The translations under genes were made by a program, and so were the position numbers. The notes beneath the pieces are model-generated. The model was not told the DNA's origin. It worked only from the letters and a program-made list of their open reading frames with translations, and ran no database searches. DNA of 62,235 nucleotides, the filler included, from Dimargaris cristalligena (taxonomy: Eukaryota): assembly GCA_003614675.1 (NCBI GenBank). It is 20 parts of 20 records of this genome, joined end to end, with 100 filler letters (N's around TTAATTAATTAA, not from the genome) between each part and the next. Parts side by side here need not be neighbours in the genome. Positions count along the whole stretch, not along the records: positions 59,242 to 62,235 come from ML004062.1; 19 more parts are not named here. One strand, 5' to 3'. Shown piece after piece: positions 62,062-62,235 of the stretch (position 1 is its first letter; each line of letters opens with the position of its first letter).

Positions 62062-62235
62062 TGTGATGAACTTACCACATTTTTTACCTACTTTTATTTT
62101 TTATATATTTTTCGCACTTATTGGATGTACGCCCCTGATGAGTGAATGAGCCCCTACCCCTGCCCCTAATGAGTATAGTCATTTTTCCTCCATTTTCATT
62201 ATTATATTGTTTTTTCTATTATTATATTTTATACC
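62062..62235 (+). repeat. LTR family B, 5' part
   Basis: TGTGATGAACTTACC start. Confidence 0.8.

Overview
This window is not one locus. It is 20 short contigs (mostly ~3.0 kb, nearly sorted by decreasing length) joined by 19 artificial 100-nt linkers (N44-TTAATTAATTAA-N44), so adjacency across linkers has no biological meaning. The content is fungal: intron-poor, GC3-rich genes, probably from an early-diverging lineage such as Zoopagomycota (inference only). Recognisable genes are CYP51/ERG11, ARG4, an S1 serine protease, a TM-RING-H2 E3 ligase, tRNA-Ile(AAT), a probable PEX39-type 3' fragment and a spliced membrane-anchored orphan. Much of the rest is decayed LTR retrotransposon (Copia and Gypsy pol relics, at least four LTR families) with strong C-to-T decay. 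The most interesting signals are five. (1) The 3' end of a Kex2-processed repeat protein (KEP) that the ORF track missed. (2) Several small secreted precursors that share a short double-dibasic cassette with it. (3) A ~2.3-kb array of bidirectional 20-bp palindromes interleaved with a second conserved motif. (4) An ARG4 contig whose ends overlap by exactly 55 bp, suggesting a tandem amplicon or circle. (5) A triplicated segment in which a secreted-peptide gene was frameshifted by a microhomology deletion.
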